Positions 1-11,774 of a DNA stretch of 32,406 nucleotides are shown one piece after another. Numbering within the stretch: position 1 is the first letter of the stretch; the number at the start of each line of letters is the position of its first letter. The stretch covers positions 37,906,334-37,938,739 of the forward strand of contig NC_068990.1 of assembly GCF_001194135.2 (NCBI RefSeq), in the 5' to 3' direction. Below the pieces are notes generated by a model. That model was not told the DNA's origin. It worked only from the letters and a program-made list of their open reading frames with translations, and did no database searches. The stretch comes from Octopus bimaculoides (taxonomy: Eukaryota). Made by a program: the position numbers and the translations under genes.

Positions 1-75
1 CAATTGGTCTAGTGCCCTAAATCAGAAACCATTATCGTTGTTTTTGTTGTTGCTATTATTTTTATTATTATAATT

Positions 76-465
76 ATTCCTTCGTAATACAGTGTAGGTA
101 AAAATGCACCAGAGTCTTTAGTCATCTGTCAAGTCACAACAAGGACCTCAGGCAGATAATAATTTCCTTAAGATGTGTGTTGTGCCCAGTAAGGCTGCTT
201 TTTGCAAGGCATCAATTTTACATTGGATTTCCAGTTGCCCTAAGAAGTCTTGAAGTTTCAACGGGATTGAACCCAACGCTCTGATCACCACTGGTATCAC
301 TTTTACATTACCCTCTTGAATTCCATACAGTGTTGCCATTTCCACTTTCAATTCAGAGTACTTGGTGATTTTTACTCACAATATTCATGTCATTTGGTAT
401 GGCTACATCAATGATCTGACAGTATTTGTCTCTCTTATTCAATATGACAATATCCAGCTGACGAG
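76..465 (-). mobile_element. 3' end of a 5'-truncated RLE-type non-LTR retrotransposon (R4/Dong-like), restriction-like endonuclease C-terminus plus 3' UTR
   Basis: The minus strand translates, with one frameshift near 360, as RQLDIVILNKRDKYCQIIDVAIPNDMNIVSK..KYSELKVEMATLYGIQEGNVKVIPVVIRALGSIPLKLQDFLGQLEIQCKIDALQKAALLGTTHILRKLLSA*. This matches the R(P)D..D..P / KY..L / V.PVVIGALG / LQKA.LLGT..ILR signature of RLE LINE C-termini. (TTA)n-rich tracts flank both sides (52-77 and 483-500). Confidence 0.85.
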
Positions 466-502
466 TTATAATTCTTCTTCTTCTTATTATTATTATTATT
501 AA

Positions 503-716
503 TAAAGTGGTGAGCTGGAATAATTGTTAGCAAACCAGACGAAATACTTAGTGGCAATTCATCTGTCCTTACATTCTCCATTCAAATTCCTCAGAGGTCA
601 TCTTTGCCTTTCATCCTTTCAGGGTCGATAGTTTAAATACCAGTGAGACACTGGTGTCAATTTAACTGACTAGTCCGCTCCCCCAAAATTTCAAGCCGTT
701 TGCCTTTAGTAGAAAC
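503..716 (+). mobile_element. tRNA-derived SINE, family B (degenerate)
   Basis: The head GTGGTGAGCTGGAATAATTGTTAG...TTCAAATTCC and the body CTTTGCCTTTCATCCTTTCAGGGTCGATA align to the reverse complement of the copy at 23833-24060. Confidence 0.8.
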
Positions 717-889
717 GTTTTATCCAAAACTACACTACAAAGTGTTTCCTTTCCTTTCTTTTTTCAGTAGTCAGGGCATGCTTGAGTGAGTTCTGATTGT
801 TCCGAAATGCATAACAAGCTAAAACATTTTATAAGAATGTCTGGAAGCTTAAAAAATATAGAAAATATGTTGAAGTATGCTATTAATGA

Positions 890-1110
890 TTCAGAGTTGA
901 ATTAGCAGAATTCATTGGAGCTTTGGACAGAATACTTCATGACATTTGGTCCAAATCTCTGCATCCTGATTTCAAATCCAACCAAGATCTACTTTGCATT
1001 AACTGCTTTGGTGTTGATAAAGGAAAAGTAATAATCAAAGGTGGCAGATTAGTAGGAGTGTTAGAGGGTTGGACAAAGTTTCTTGTGCTATCCATTCTGG
1101 CTTTTGTGTC
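890..1110 (+). mobile_element. Two old family-B SINE fragments in tandem
   Basis: Degenerate matches to the family B head and body at ~890-1020 (TTCAAATCC...CTTTGC...TTTGGTGTTGATAA) and a second head at ~1035-1110. Confidence 0.5.
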
Positions 1111-1114
1111 CTAA

Positions 1115-1222
1115 CAGCAATACTTACAAAAACGCTTAGTGAAAGTGCTACACACTGGGACTGAACCTGGAACTAAATGATTGAGAAGTAGGCTTCTTAA
1201 GCATGCAACCATGGCTACTCCT
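1115..1222 (-). mobile_element. tRNA-derived SINE family A, 5' head only
   Basis: GGGACTGAACCTGGAAC...CATGGCTACTCCT is the reverse complement of the family A A-box/B-box head seen at 12817, 21445 and 25139. Confidence 0.75.
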
Positions 1223-1317
1223 ATACATACACACATAAGTTGAGCTGAAATGGATCTGTAATATTCTATATTTTGTTTAACACACACCCACATACACACA
1301 TACACACTATATATATG

Positions 1318-1339
<22 letters not shown>

Positions 1340-1349
<10 letters not shown>

Positions 1350-1545
1350 ATTATGATTGACCGTTGACTGAACACTATTCAATTTTTTTTCTCCGTGTTT
1401 TTCTCCTTGTCTCCGTATTCTTTCTGTTGAAGAGCGTAGCTTGAAACGTCAAAGACTTTCTGTATTCCCGAGCGTCATACTAATATATACTTTTGTTATT
1501 TACACCACCTGTCCTCGTCTGTTGTTATTATTTGTATATTCTCCC
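1340..1545 (+). mobile_element. Penelope-like retroelement terminal-repeat (pLTR)-type fragment
   Basis: A CpG-retaining, pyrimidine-rich repeat-like segment between (AT)n tracts. It contains TGAAGAG-CGTAGCT-TGAAACGTC, the hammerhead-like signature typical of PLE pLTRs. Confidence 0.55.
1419..1458 (+). ncRNA. Minimal type I hammerhead ribozyme-like motif (degenerate)
   Basis: TCTGT-TTGAAGA-G-CGTAGCT-T-GAAA-CG-TC-AAAGA. The core is YUGANGA...GAAA with a 1-bp helix II, a palindromic ACGT helix III, a GUC cleavage triplet at 1448-1450 and an imperfect helix I (TCTGT/AAAGA). There are two deviations from the canonical core (C3>U, C11.1>U). Confidence 0.45.
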
Positions 1546-1813
1546 ATATATATATATATACATATATNNNNNNNNNNNNNNNNNNNNNNNNNNNNNNNNN
1601 NNNNNNNNNNNNNNNNNNNNNNNNNNNNNNNNNNNNNNNNNNNNNNNNNNNNNNNNNNNNNNNNNNNNNNNNNNNNNNNNNNNNNNNNNNNNNNNNNNNN
1701 NNNNNNNNNNNNNNNNNNNNNNNNNNNNNNNNNNNNNNNNNNNNNNNNNNNNNNNNNNNNNNATGCCCTGAATATATTCCAAGAATTCATACCTTAAATA
1801 TCTCAGCTGAATA

Positions 1814-2033
1814 TATGAGGGAGTGCTGAGCAGTTACTGGCTTTAAGGGTATCGCAAAACGCCTGGTTGGAGGCCCAGCCTTCCAAATTCTCTTACAGGG
1901 TTTAGGAAAACTGAAGGACTGCTGCAATAAGTGTGTGAATCTGAAAGGGGAATATGTTGAATAAAATCATAATTAGGTGATCCTCCTATATTTTCATTAC
2001 CCAAAGCCAGGAACTTTTCAGCACACCCTTGTA
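1814..2033 (+). mobile_element. Mariner-derived MITE (~220 bp) with TIRs and TA ends
   Basis: Left end TATGAGGGAGTGCTGAGCAGTTACTGGCTTT versus reverse complement of the right end TACAAGGGTGTGCTGAAAAGTTCCTGGCTTT. An internal remnant LKDCCNKCVNLKGEYVE* resembles the mariner transposase C-terminus (RW.KC....G.Y.E). Confidence 0.85.
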
Positions 2034-2544
2034 TATACCTGAGAATATATGTAGAATATATTACCTTAATTTGTCAGTTATTTAGAAATGTAATGGTACA
2101 AAGAAGTCACATATTTAGGAAGGTTATACATATTATTTTTTTTACTCTCTTTTTTTTCTGTCACATCCAATGTTTCATTCCATCCATCTTATATTTTATC
2201 ATGCCAATATTTGAATAAATTAAGTCAAACTTTGGTACAACACATTAACTGTAGTCTGAAGTGGTGCTACTATAGAGAAATAGTTAACATCTCCAATAAC
2301 TAGGAATATATTTGTGACCAAGTTTAAACAGAGTGATAATGCTTTCAAACCTCATACACACACAGACGTACATACAATACACAGACATTCTGACAAAGAC
2401 ACGTATATACACTTAATTGTATGTGTGTATATATCAATATATCACCATATCATGTACACACATCTATTCCCTTGCATTTTTTATAGATATACATATAAAT
2501 GTTTATATACATGCATATAAATTATGTATTTATATATGTATGTA

Positions 2545-2585
<41 letters not shown>

Positions 2586-3452
2586 TATATATGTAAAATG
2601 TATGTATAAGTATACACACATATATATGCACATACATACATACATACTTACATACTCTCACACATATATAAGTAAGTATTCATATATATATTTACTCGTT
2701 CATTAATGTGTATGTTTATGTGTATGTATACTCAACAAGCAGGGAAAATGTGTATTTGTATTGTATATAAAAGCATGTGGAAGAGAAAATACCACACAAT
2801 TATGCCTACACACTTGCATATGTTTATATATATGCATGCGTGTATGTGTGTGGGGGTATGTATGTCTATGTTAAGTACACCTTTGAAAGTGAAATAAAAT
2901 ATTATTCATTCAAGGGGTGTTGCTATAGAATTATAAAAGCTTGAGTTTTCCATCAAAGACACCAACTTTCAAGATGAAAGAATCATTTTTTTTTGTGGTC
3001 AAACAATTTTTTCATGTTTTATTTTATTTTTTATATTTTGCTTTATTTTTTTTTATCTTTCAGTTGTAACCTCAATCTTGAATTATAAAACATGTTGATA
3101 TTTATGCTAGTTTATTTTTTCTTTTCTTTACAAAAAAATGTATAAATAAATAAATAAATACAATAAAATAAAATAAAATAACCCAGACTGTATAATTATG
3201 GACGGCAAACATAAAATACAGAGAAAATCAGTCCACCCTGCTATGTATGTGTTCTTCACCAAAAACCTAAACATAAATNNNNNNNNNNAAATAAATACAA
3301 TAAAATAAAATAAAATAACCCAGACTGTATAATTATGGACGGCAAACATAAAATACAGAGAAAATCAGTCCACCCTGCTATGTATGTGTTCTTCACCAAA
3401 AACCTAAACATAAATGAAAATCATAGTACCAAAGTAACAACAATGACAACAA

Positions 3453-3486
<34 letters not shown>

Positions 3487-3780
3487 ATCAGTAATAAGAA
3501 TAATAAAAAATAATAAAAGTTTCTTGTTAACAGAAAGAAAAAAATATGATACTGTAACTAATAATAATGATAATAACAAAAATGAAAACACAAATAAATA
3601 AAAGAGAAACAATAGTTTCTTTTGAATAATAATTGTGACTTTGAGAGGAGTACTGGTTGAGTGGCTAAAATATTGGACATAAATGACCATGTGTTAGGTC
3701 ATAAATTCAAATTCAATTACTGATTATCCAATGATTATATGTGTAAGTACTTTGACTTCTCTATGACTCAGTTCAATCAG

Positions 3781-4270
3781 TAGTTTAGAGATGGAATATA
3801 TAACAGAATGATGGTATGTTACAGAATAATGAAACCAAAAGCAGATTGATGGAGTAGATAGTAGATTGATAGTATAAACAGATGATTGATGTAAGATACA
3901 TGGGAATGATGGAATATGTACCGGATTGAGGGAGTAGATAGCAGATTGATTGAATAGATAACTGACTGATGGCATAAATATCAGATTGATGGAATACTTA
4001 ATCAATTGAATAGATAGGAGAATGATAAGAAAGGTACCCATCAGAAGAAAAAGTTAGCAGTTTGAGGGCATACATACCACATTGAAGTAATTGACAAAAT
4101 ACAAGTAATTGATAGAAGATTGATGAAACAGGTGTAGACTAATGTATTGTATAACAAATTGAGGGAATAGATATCAGATTCATGGAGTAGATAGCAAATT
4201 GATGAGCTTAGATACCAGGCTGATTAAAAAAAAATACTTACTTAAATACATTGTTAGCAGATTGATGGTA
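3781..4270. repeat. Degenerate 20-bp minisatellite, consensus ~GCAGATTGATGGAGTAGATA
   Basis: About 8 in-register units at 3841-4000 (gcagattgatggagtagata / gtagattgatagtataaaca / ... / ccggattgagggagtagata / gcagattgattgaatagata / tcagattgatggaatactta), with looser units out to ~4270. Confidence 0.8.
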
Positions 4271-6998
4271 TTCATACATTGAGATATTAAGGTGGTTTTG
4301 ATATATCCTCCTGAAGAAGATGAATCTCTTCTCAGCAGATGACCAGTAAAATTAGAAATAATTATTGGCTTTTCACAAAATTGTTGGGTCTTTGTGAAAA
4401 TATTTTAAAATTACATTTCAAATGAAACTTAAGTGAGATTTTCAAGCAAAATGTTTAAGTATAAACATTCTCTTCAGCAATTTGTTTTTTAGCCCCAAAT
4501 AATTCTAGTCTTCTTTGATAGAGTACTGCTAGAACTGAAAGTAGATTCATCTTGGTGCATCAATTAGAATATGTTTTATTGAAAGTCTGCAATTAATAGA
4601 CAACATCTTCCTCTCAGGGATGTTTAAAATTTAAAAGCCATACACAAGTGATATAACTCTGATAAAATCAATTAACATTTTTGAAAATACTGAAAAATGT
4701 GTTGAGTAAGTGAATCTAGTCTTTAGAATTTAGACTCCACTAGGGAGAAATTATAGCTACTAATTGCAAGGGAAATTTCAGTAAATCTAATTTTTTCAAA
4801 CCTAGTATTTAATATGTAATTGGTTAGCAAAATCATTTAACCAATAGCTCTTTGAATTCTGAGTTGAAGTCCAGATGAGATCAGTTAGCCGTTCATCCTT
4901 CTAGAGCCATTAGATGCATTACTAGTGAAGTATTAGAGTTAATTTTAATCTCTCTTCCCTTCTTTCACTTTCTCTACTATGCTGCCTTGTGAGAGAGTCA
5001 AGGAGGATCACAGATGATGACATTTTACTCTCAGAAAAGGATGAAAATTGAACGACTGGTGGGCAACCACATCTTATCCAACATGCTACAAAAGTCATCC
5101 AAAAATACTAGAGAAAAGTAACCATGAATATATTGATGTGCTGTTGAGTAAGGAATATTAAGACAAGAATATATTATATACATATGAATCTAGATTATTC
5201 TTCATTAATTATAGAACATTCGGCTCTCAAGTTTGTTCCCTCTACAACATCATTATGGTAACGGTTGGGTACTCTCAGTGTAATTTAAAACATAATATCT
5301 TCTGAAACTGTAATTTTTCTGAAATATTATATTTAAAAGAAAGTGTAAGGTCTATTTAGATAATATTGGATGTACAGTTTTAGGACAACTTTGGTAATTA
5401 TATTCCTTGTCATGCTTTCTATCTTAAAAGGTCATAAGTTATAATTTTTATCTGTAAATCATACAAAGATGCTTACCAAAGGAACAAAATTGGAGACATA
5501 TTCTAACCATAAAATTATTCTACCCCTTTATGACAATATCAGCAAAGCCTTAAAACATCTTAATTTGGTATGGTTTCATTGGAGAGAAAGTGTAGCTAGT
5601 CTTGAAACTACAAGTCAAACGAATAAAGTACAGTAGTTGACCCACTGAACTGTAGATTTAATATAAGCAATATTAAATCTATCATAGATTATATCTTTAA
5701 TTCCGTTCTATAGTTTATTAGTCTACTCTCTTTTAAATAATTCAAGTCTTGAATTCATAGAAGATTTTGTATCTAATTTCATTCCTTAAATGTAGTGTTG
5801 TAGTGCAGATTGCACAGAGTAATAGTATAGCTAACTTGCATACCAATGAGTTTACAAAATCAAAAACTCTTTATAAATTTGTTGATGCACTTTGCTATAG
5901 TTTATCTACATCCATAGAAAATAAACTTAAATTTGGCAGAAATTGCTACTTAATACTTACACAAGGCCCTCTACATCATTTATTCCAACAAGTTTATATT
6001 TATATTTAAAACAAATGAAATTTGTTTCCATTGATAATGGGGTGGTGAAGTTCATGTAGTGTCTTTACACACACAAATATATACACAGAGTTGCCAAAAC
6101 AGAAAACAATGTGTTCTGGTATGTATAATGTGTATGTATTTTAAGATATATGCACCAAATTGTATCCAATTCAGTTAATCTGCGAAAATTGACAATAATT
6201 TATATATTTACTGAGCTCTTTTCTAGAAATGGCTTTAAGAATACAATCATGTCATATTTTTGAAAGATTAATACTATATTATTCTGAGTTTGGATTAAAT
6301 CCTAATTGTTTACATGCTCAAAATGAATAAATAAGAATTACATAAAATGTCCAACTCTATACTTTATCCCATAAGTGTATGAATGTGTATAAATTTAGCA
6401 CAGTTACAATTTGATTTCATTTGATATACTCAGAGTATGAAGTTTCTGTATGGGTCTATGCACCTGAGTATTTGCACATCAAGTTATCAGAAAGGTTTAT
6501 GTCCTAACATATATGATATATTTTATGGTACATGTCTCAATTTGTTTCACTATGTGTCCATGTGTGTATGCATGTATATATTTGCATGCTCATATAATAT
6601 ACGTACATTTATGTATACTCACACATATATACATATATATATGTATACACCACGTATATATTCATATATAGATATATACATACATGTGAAAGTAGGCATA
6701 TATATATTGTTGCTATGTGCACATACTATATCACAAAGAATATTTGAGATTTGAAATCAGTGTAGCTGTCAATTTATCTCATGTGACTGACATATTAATT
6801 GCTATTAAATAAACGGATTTTTTTTCGTTTTTGTAGTTCCACTTATATATGAATTATCTTTCTGTCTATCACAATGAGATTTATAAACAATGTGACACAG
6901 CAATATTTTACACATACTTTATACAAATACACACACAATATAACATAACATAAAGATATACATATAGATACATAACCATATATGAATGTTATCTATAT

Positions 6999-7058
<60 letters not shown>

Positions 7059-7402
7059 NNNNNNNNNNNNNNNNNNNNNNNNNNNNNNNNNNNNNNNNNN
7101 NNNNNNNNNNNNNNNNNNNNNNNNNNNNNNNNNNNNNNNNNNNNNNNNNNNNNNNNNNNNNNNNNNNNNNNNNNNNNNNNNNNNNNNNNNNNNNNNNNNN
7201 NNNNNNNNNNNNNNNNNNNNNNNNNNNNNNNNNNNNNNNNNNNNNNNNNNNNNNNNNNNNNNNNNNNNNNNNNNNNNNNNNNNNNNNNNNNNNNNNNNNN
7301 NNNNNNNNNNNNNNNNNNNNNNNNNNNNNNNNNNNNNNNNNNNNNNNNNNNNNNNNNNNNNNNNNNNNNNNNNNNNNNNNNNNNNNNNNNNNNNNNNNNN
7401 NN

Positions 7403-7443
<41 letters not shown>

Positions 7444-8191
7444 CTATATGTAAAATACTTAAGAATAAAACAACATTGATAGAAGAAAACATAAAATTGG
7501 GTGAATATGAGGGAGATATGTTGAATGTTCAATCTGTTATTAAATTGGTGACAAAACTAATTAATCAAATATCGTTGTATTTAGAAAAATCACGAGCTGA
7601 ATGTAAAGTGTTCAGAGAACAATTAGTGAAACTACAATTGATTAGATAATTTCTTTTTAGTGATTTTTTTTCCTTCTTCTGAATTATCTATCTCTGTTGT
7701 CTTTTACTGTTGTTCTGGTACTGGGTATTGTTGTTGTTATTATATTTACTTTGAGAGAAAGTAACTTTGCTTAATCTGTTTATATTTTTTACTTCTTAAT
7801 CCGAAACTGTTAAGTAAGTTAACTATGCTATTTTCAGCTGAAACTGCTCAGAATTATAAATAAATATGCATGCATATATATGTATATATGTATATATATA
7901 TACATATGTGTGTGTGTATGTATATATACATATACATACATATGTATATATATACACACATGTTATATACATATACCAATGGAGTATATATTATATGTAT
8001 ATATATGTATATATGTGTGTGTGTGTATGAATGCATGCATGTATGCATACAATATAAAACTAATCTTATACACACATCCTTATATGTTTATAATGTCATG
8101 TACTTTTACGTATTCATGAATATATTACTATATACATACTTTATTGCATAAATATATCATATATATTCATAGAACCATTTATGAAGATACA

Positions 8192-8244
<53 letters not shown>

Positions 8245-9341
8245 GCACACATATATATAGTCACGCACACATACATGAAAATAAATTGGAAATTATGCAC
8301 ATACTTTACTGATATGTACATATATGCACACACAAAAACTTGTACCTGTATTTATAATACAAGCACATTCATTTATATATATTTCATTTTGCCTTTTGTC
8401 CCTCTGTGTGTGTGTGTATTTGGTGGTTCGTTGAACTCACCAATAATGTAATAGTGAAATCTCAGGTAACTGTTGGGCACTTCAAAAATCATAAATATAT
8501 GGACCAAATATATATATATATATATANNNNNNNNNNNNNNNNNNNNNNNNNNNNNNNNNNNNNNNNNNNNNNNNNNNNNNNNNNNNNNNNNNNNNNNNNN
8601 NNNNNNNNNNNNNNNNNNNNNNNNNNNNNNNNNNNNNNNNNNNNNNNNNNNNNNNNNNNNNNNNNNNNNNNNNNNNNNNNNNNNNNNNNNNNNNNNNNNN
8701 NNNNNNNNNNNNNNNNNNNNNNNNNNNNNNNNNNNNNNNNNNNNNNNNNNNNNNNNNNNNNNNNNNNNNNNNNNNNNNNNNNNNNNNNNNNNNNNNNNNN
8801 NNNNNNNNNNNNNNNNNNNNNNNNNNNNNNNNNNNNNNNNNNNNNNNNNNNNNNNNNNNNNNNNNNNNNNNNNNNNNNNNNNNNNNNNNNNNNNNNNNNN
8901 NNNNNNNNNNNNNNNNNNNNNNNNNNNNNNNNNNNNNNNNNNNNNNNNNNNNNNNNNNNNNNNNNNNNNNNNNNNNNNNNNNNNNNNNNNNNNNNNNNNN
9001 NNNNNNNNNNNNNNNNNNNNNNNNNNNNNNNNNNNNNNNNNNNNNNNNNNNNNNNNNNNNNNNNNNNNNNNNNNNNNNNNNNNNNNNNNNNNNNNNNNNN
9101 NNNNNNNNNNNNNNNNNNNNNNNNNNNNNNNNNNNNNNNNNNNNNNNNNNNNNNNNNNNNNNNNNNNNNNNNNNNNNNNNNNNNNNNNNNNNNNNNNNNN
9201 NNNNNNNNNNNNNNNNNNNNNNNNNNNNNNNNNNNNNNNNNNNNNNNNNNNNNNNNNNNNNNNNNNNNNNNNNNNNNNNNNNNNNNNNNNNNNNNNNNNN
9301 NNNNNNNNNNNNNNNNNNNNNNNNNNNNNNNNNNNNNNNNN

Positions 9342-9386
<45 letters not shown>

Positions 9387-10497
9387 CATGTAAGAGTTGG
9401 TGACAGGGAAAGCTCATATGTTTGCCCCACCAAAATGGTCAGGGAAATGAATAGATTGATATTTAAGATTAAATCCATGCAGATTATTTTAATAGTTAGT
9501 TGTTATTGAAGTAGTTTAGCTCTAGATTAGACTTTATTGACCATTTGGTATCATCAATGTGTTTACATCCCATTTGTGGCTGTTCCATTTGCTTTCTGAA
9601 ACAAAGTATATTCAGGAATGCAATATAACAAGTTTTTACTTTTTATAACTTGGTGGACTTGGTGATTTGAGGGAGATTTGGCTGCTATTTCTTACATGTT
9701 ATCAGATTATTAGCAAAGAAGCTCCCTTGTGAGCTTAGTTTATGGATGATATTTAGGTAGAATCTATAAAGAATTGGTGAAAATGTCATATAGTGTTTAG
9801 ACAGACAAATATATTTACTTCCAAGGGTCAATGTCATAAAGTATCAATAAAAGAGAAAGAAAATTTGCAAAGAGTATTATAGTCCAAGATATAGACTTCT
9901 TTATTTTAAGAAGTAAGATATGTTCATCATAACTAGAATGCAGTGATCAACTTATTCAGTGACTGGTTTAACAGAACACTAAAAATGAAGCAGAAACATT
10001 AATACAGGAATACTTTACAACCAAATAACCTATACTAGTTCAACATAAATCCCTATTAATTCCATAACAAAATATACAATTAAGACTATAAAACAGTGTA
10101 CTTTGCACCATTACAGCATTTATATTTACAGTATTTAAATACTCTCATGTATACACAAAGATACACCATTACAAAGTTTATAGACACAGTGTATGCAATA
10201 ATACATCATTATAGTGTTTATAAACATGGAGTATATACTGATACATCATTGCAAAATTTATGGTCATCGTTTAGTCAGTGATATGCCATAACAGTTTGTA
10301 GACATGGCTTAGACAATGAGAGGAAGTAGTCATATTTAGACATTTTGGTGTCATAGTGTGTTACCATAGGAAGATTGAGCCAATTATTCTTTTGCAATAC
10401 ATGATCAATCATCCAGAAAGTAAAGGACACATCTACAATATGCCACTGGACAATTATATTAGCAGTCTGGCAACAGTATCTCTCTAAATCATTACAG

Positions 10498-10581
10498 ATA
10501 AATGCAAATATAGTTGCAACATCAGGAAGTTTATTGACATTAAAATACTATTAGGACAGAAAGACCACAGCTGTTTGCAAG
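10498..10581 (+). CDS. Candidate internal coding exon (84 nt, phase 1-1) of an unidentified gene: xKCKYSCNIRKFIDIKILLGQKDHSCLQ
   Basis: Acceptor tctctaaatcattacag|, consensus donor AAG|GTGAGT, only one open frame, and phase-compatible with 13885-13933. Confidence 0.4.
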
Positions 10582-11068
10582 GTGAGTATTTTTTGGTTTA
10601 CCTCTACAACTGGACTATCATTCTGCATTTCCAATGCAGTTGACAACTGCTTTCCAGATTACATAAATATGGGATCATGGAGCAATGGATTTCACTGACT
10701 GCTAATATAGTATAGTTCAAACTTCCTCTCAACTTTCCTGAAGGTAACATCAACAAAATAAAAACAATTTTATTCAGATGTAGATCATATCTGAATAAAA
10801 GATTAGTCACTACATAGACATATTTCACCTGAACCCCGTTTGATGAGATGCTTGTTTGATCAAAGTAATAATTAAATAGAGGTTCCTTTGATGAGAGAAG
10901 TCTGTTTAATTAAAGGTCTTTTTGAACTGAAATCCATTTGAGTTGAGATCCATTTGACTAGATTTGAGCTGAATATTCAAGATATGTCTCATACTATTAT
11001 TGCCACAGGTTGACCAAAATTTGTGAATAAAATTTGGTAGATGGACACACAAACACAGACATACGCAG

Positions 11069-11099
<31 letters not shown>

Positions 11100-11169
11100 C
11101 ACAAACACAGACACACACACACACAAACACAGACACACACATTTACAATAGGATTCCACATAGTTTCTG

Positions 11170-11305
11170 ACAACACATTCACCCACAAGTCATTGGTCAG
11201 CTCAGGTCTGTAGTAGAAGACACTTGGCCAAGGTGCTGCACAGTGGGGCTGAATCTAAAACCACATTGTTGTAAAGCCATTTTTTTAAGCATACAGCTTT
11301 GCCTG
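11170..11305 (-). mobile_element. SINE family A, 5' half
   Basis: CTGTAGTAGAAGACACTTGGCCAAGGTGCTGCACAGTGGGGCTGAATC is the reverse complement of the family A head and body. Confidence 0.8.
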
Positions 11306-11731
11306 TGATTATATAGTTGGAAAACTATAGTATATTGTTAATGTATATGGAAATATGCCTCTGTGTATGAAGTGTGTCTGTTATATATACATATATATAT
11401 AAATGTATAATTATAAATTATAAATATATAGGGATCAGCATGAGATTGCTTCACCAACATACTGAAAATTTAGGAATTTAGAAATTCCCTGCCCTATATC
11501 TGTATATATATATATAGGTATAGATATGTGTGCATGTATATATATATATATATATATATACTCACACACGCACTCAGACACACACCTATATATATATACA
11601 TATATATAAATGCATATATATATACAGATAGATAATAATAATATTATAAAATTATAGATAGATAAATATGTATATCTTTCTATTGATCTATCTTTATATC
11701 TATCCGTCTTTGTGTGTGTCTCCCTCTCTCT

Positions 11732-11774
<43 letters not shown>

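Noticed and set aside
3142-3418. Exact ~130-bp direct repeat on either side of the 10-N gap at 3279-3288
   Set aside because: Identical sequence flanking a nominal 10-N gap is the signature of an unmerged contig overlap, not a biological duplication.
3781-4270. CRISPR-like regularly spaced repeat
   Set aside because: Units are contiguous 20-mers without unique spacers, and the context is eukaryotic with no cas genes.
4370-4400. 10-bp inverted repeat TTTTCACAAA/TTTGTGAAAA
   Set aside because: Short and A/T-dominated, expected by chance in this composition.
5030-5050. Selenocysteine read-through of the TGA at 5042-5044
   Set aside because: Additional in-frame TGAs lie just upstream, no SECIS is recognisable, and the context does not resemble a known selenoprotein.
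7581-7645. + strand acceptor followed by EKSRAECKVFREQLVKLQLIR*
   Set aside because: It ends in a stop with only a weak internal donor and does not fit the phase of the preceding candidate exon, so support is insufficient.
8437-8475. Minus-strand candidate exon (xPNSYLRFHYYII, donor TTG|GTGAGT)
   Set aside because: Weak acceptor and no compatible neighbours. It shows that such signals arise by chance, which is why the + strand exon chain is given only moderate confidence.
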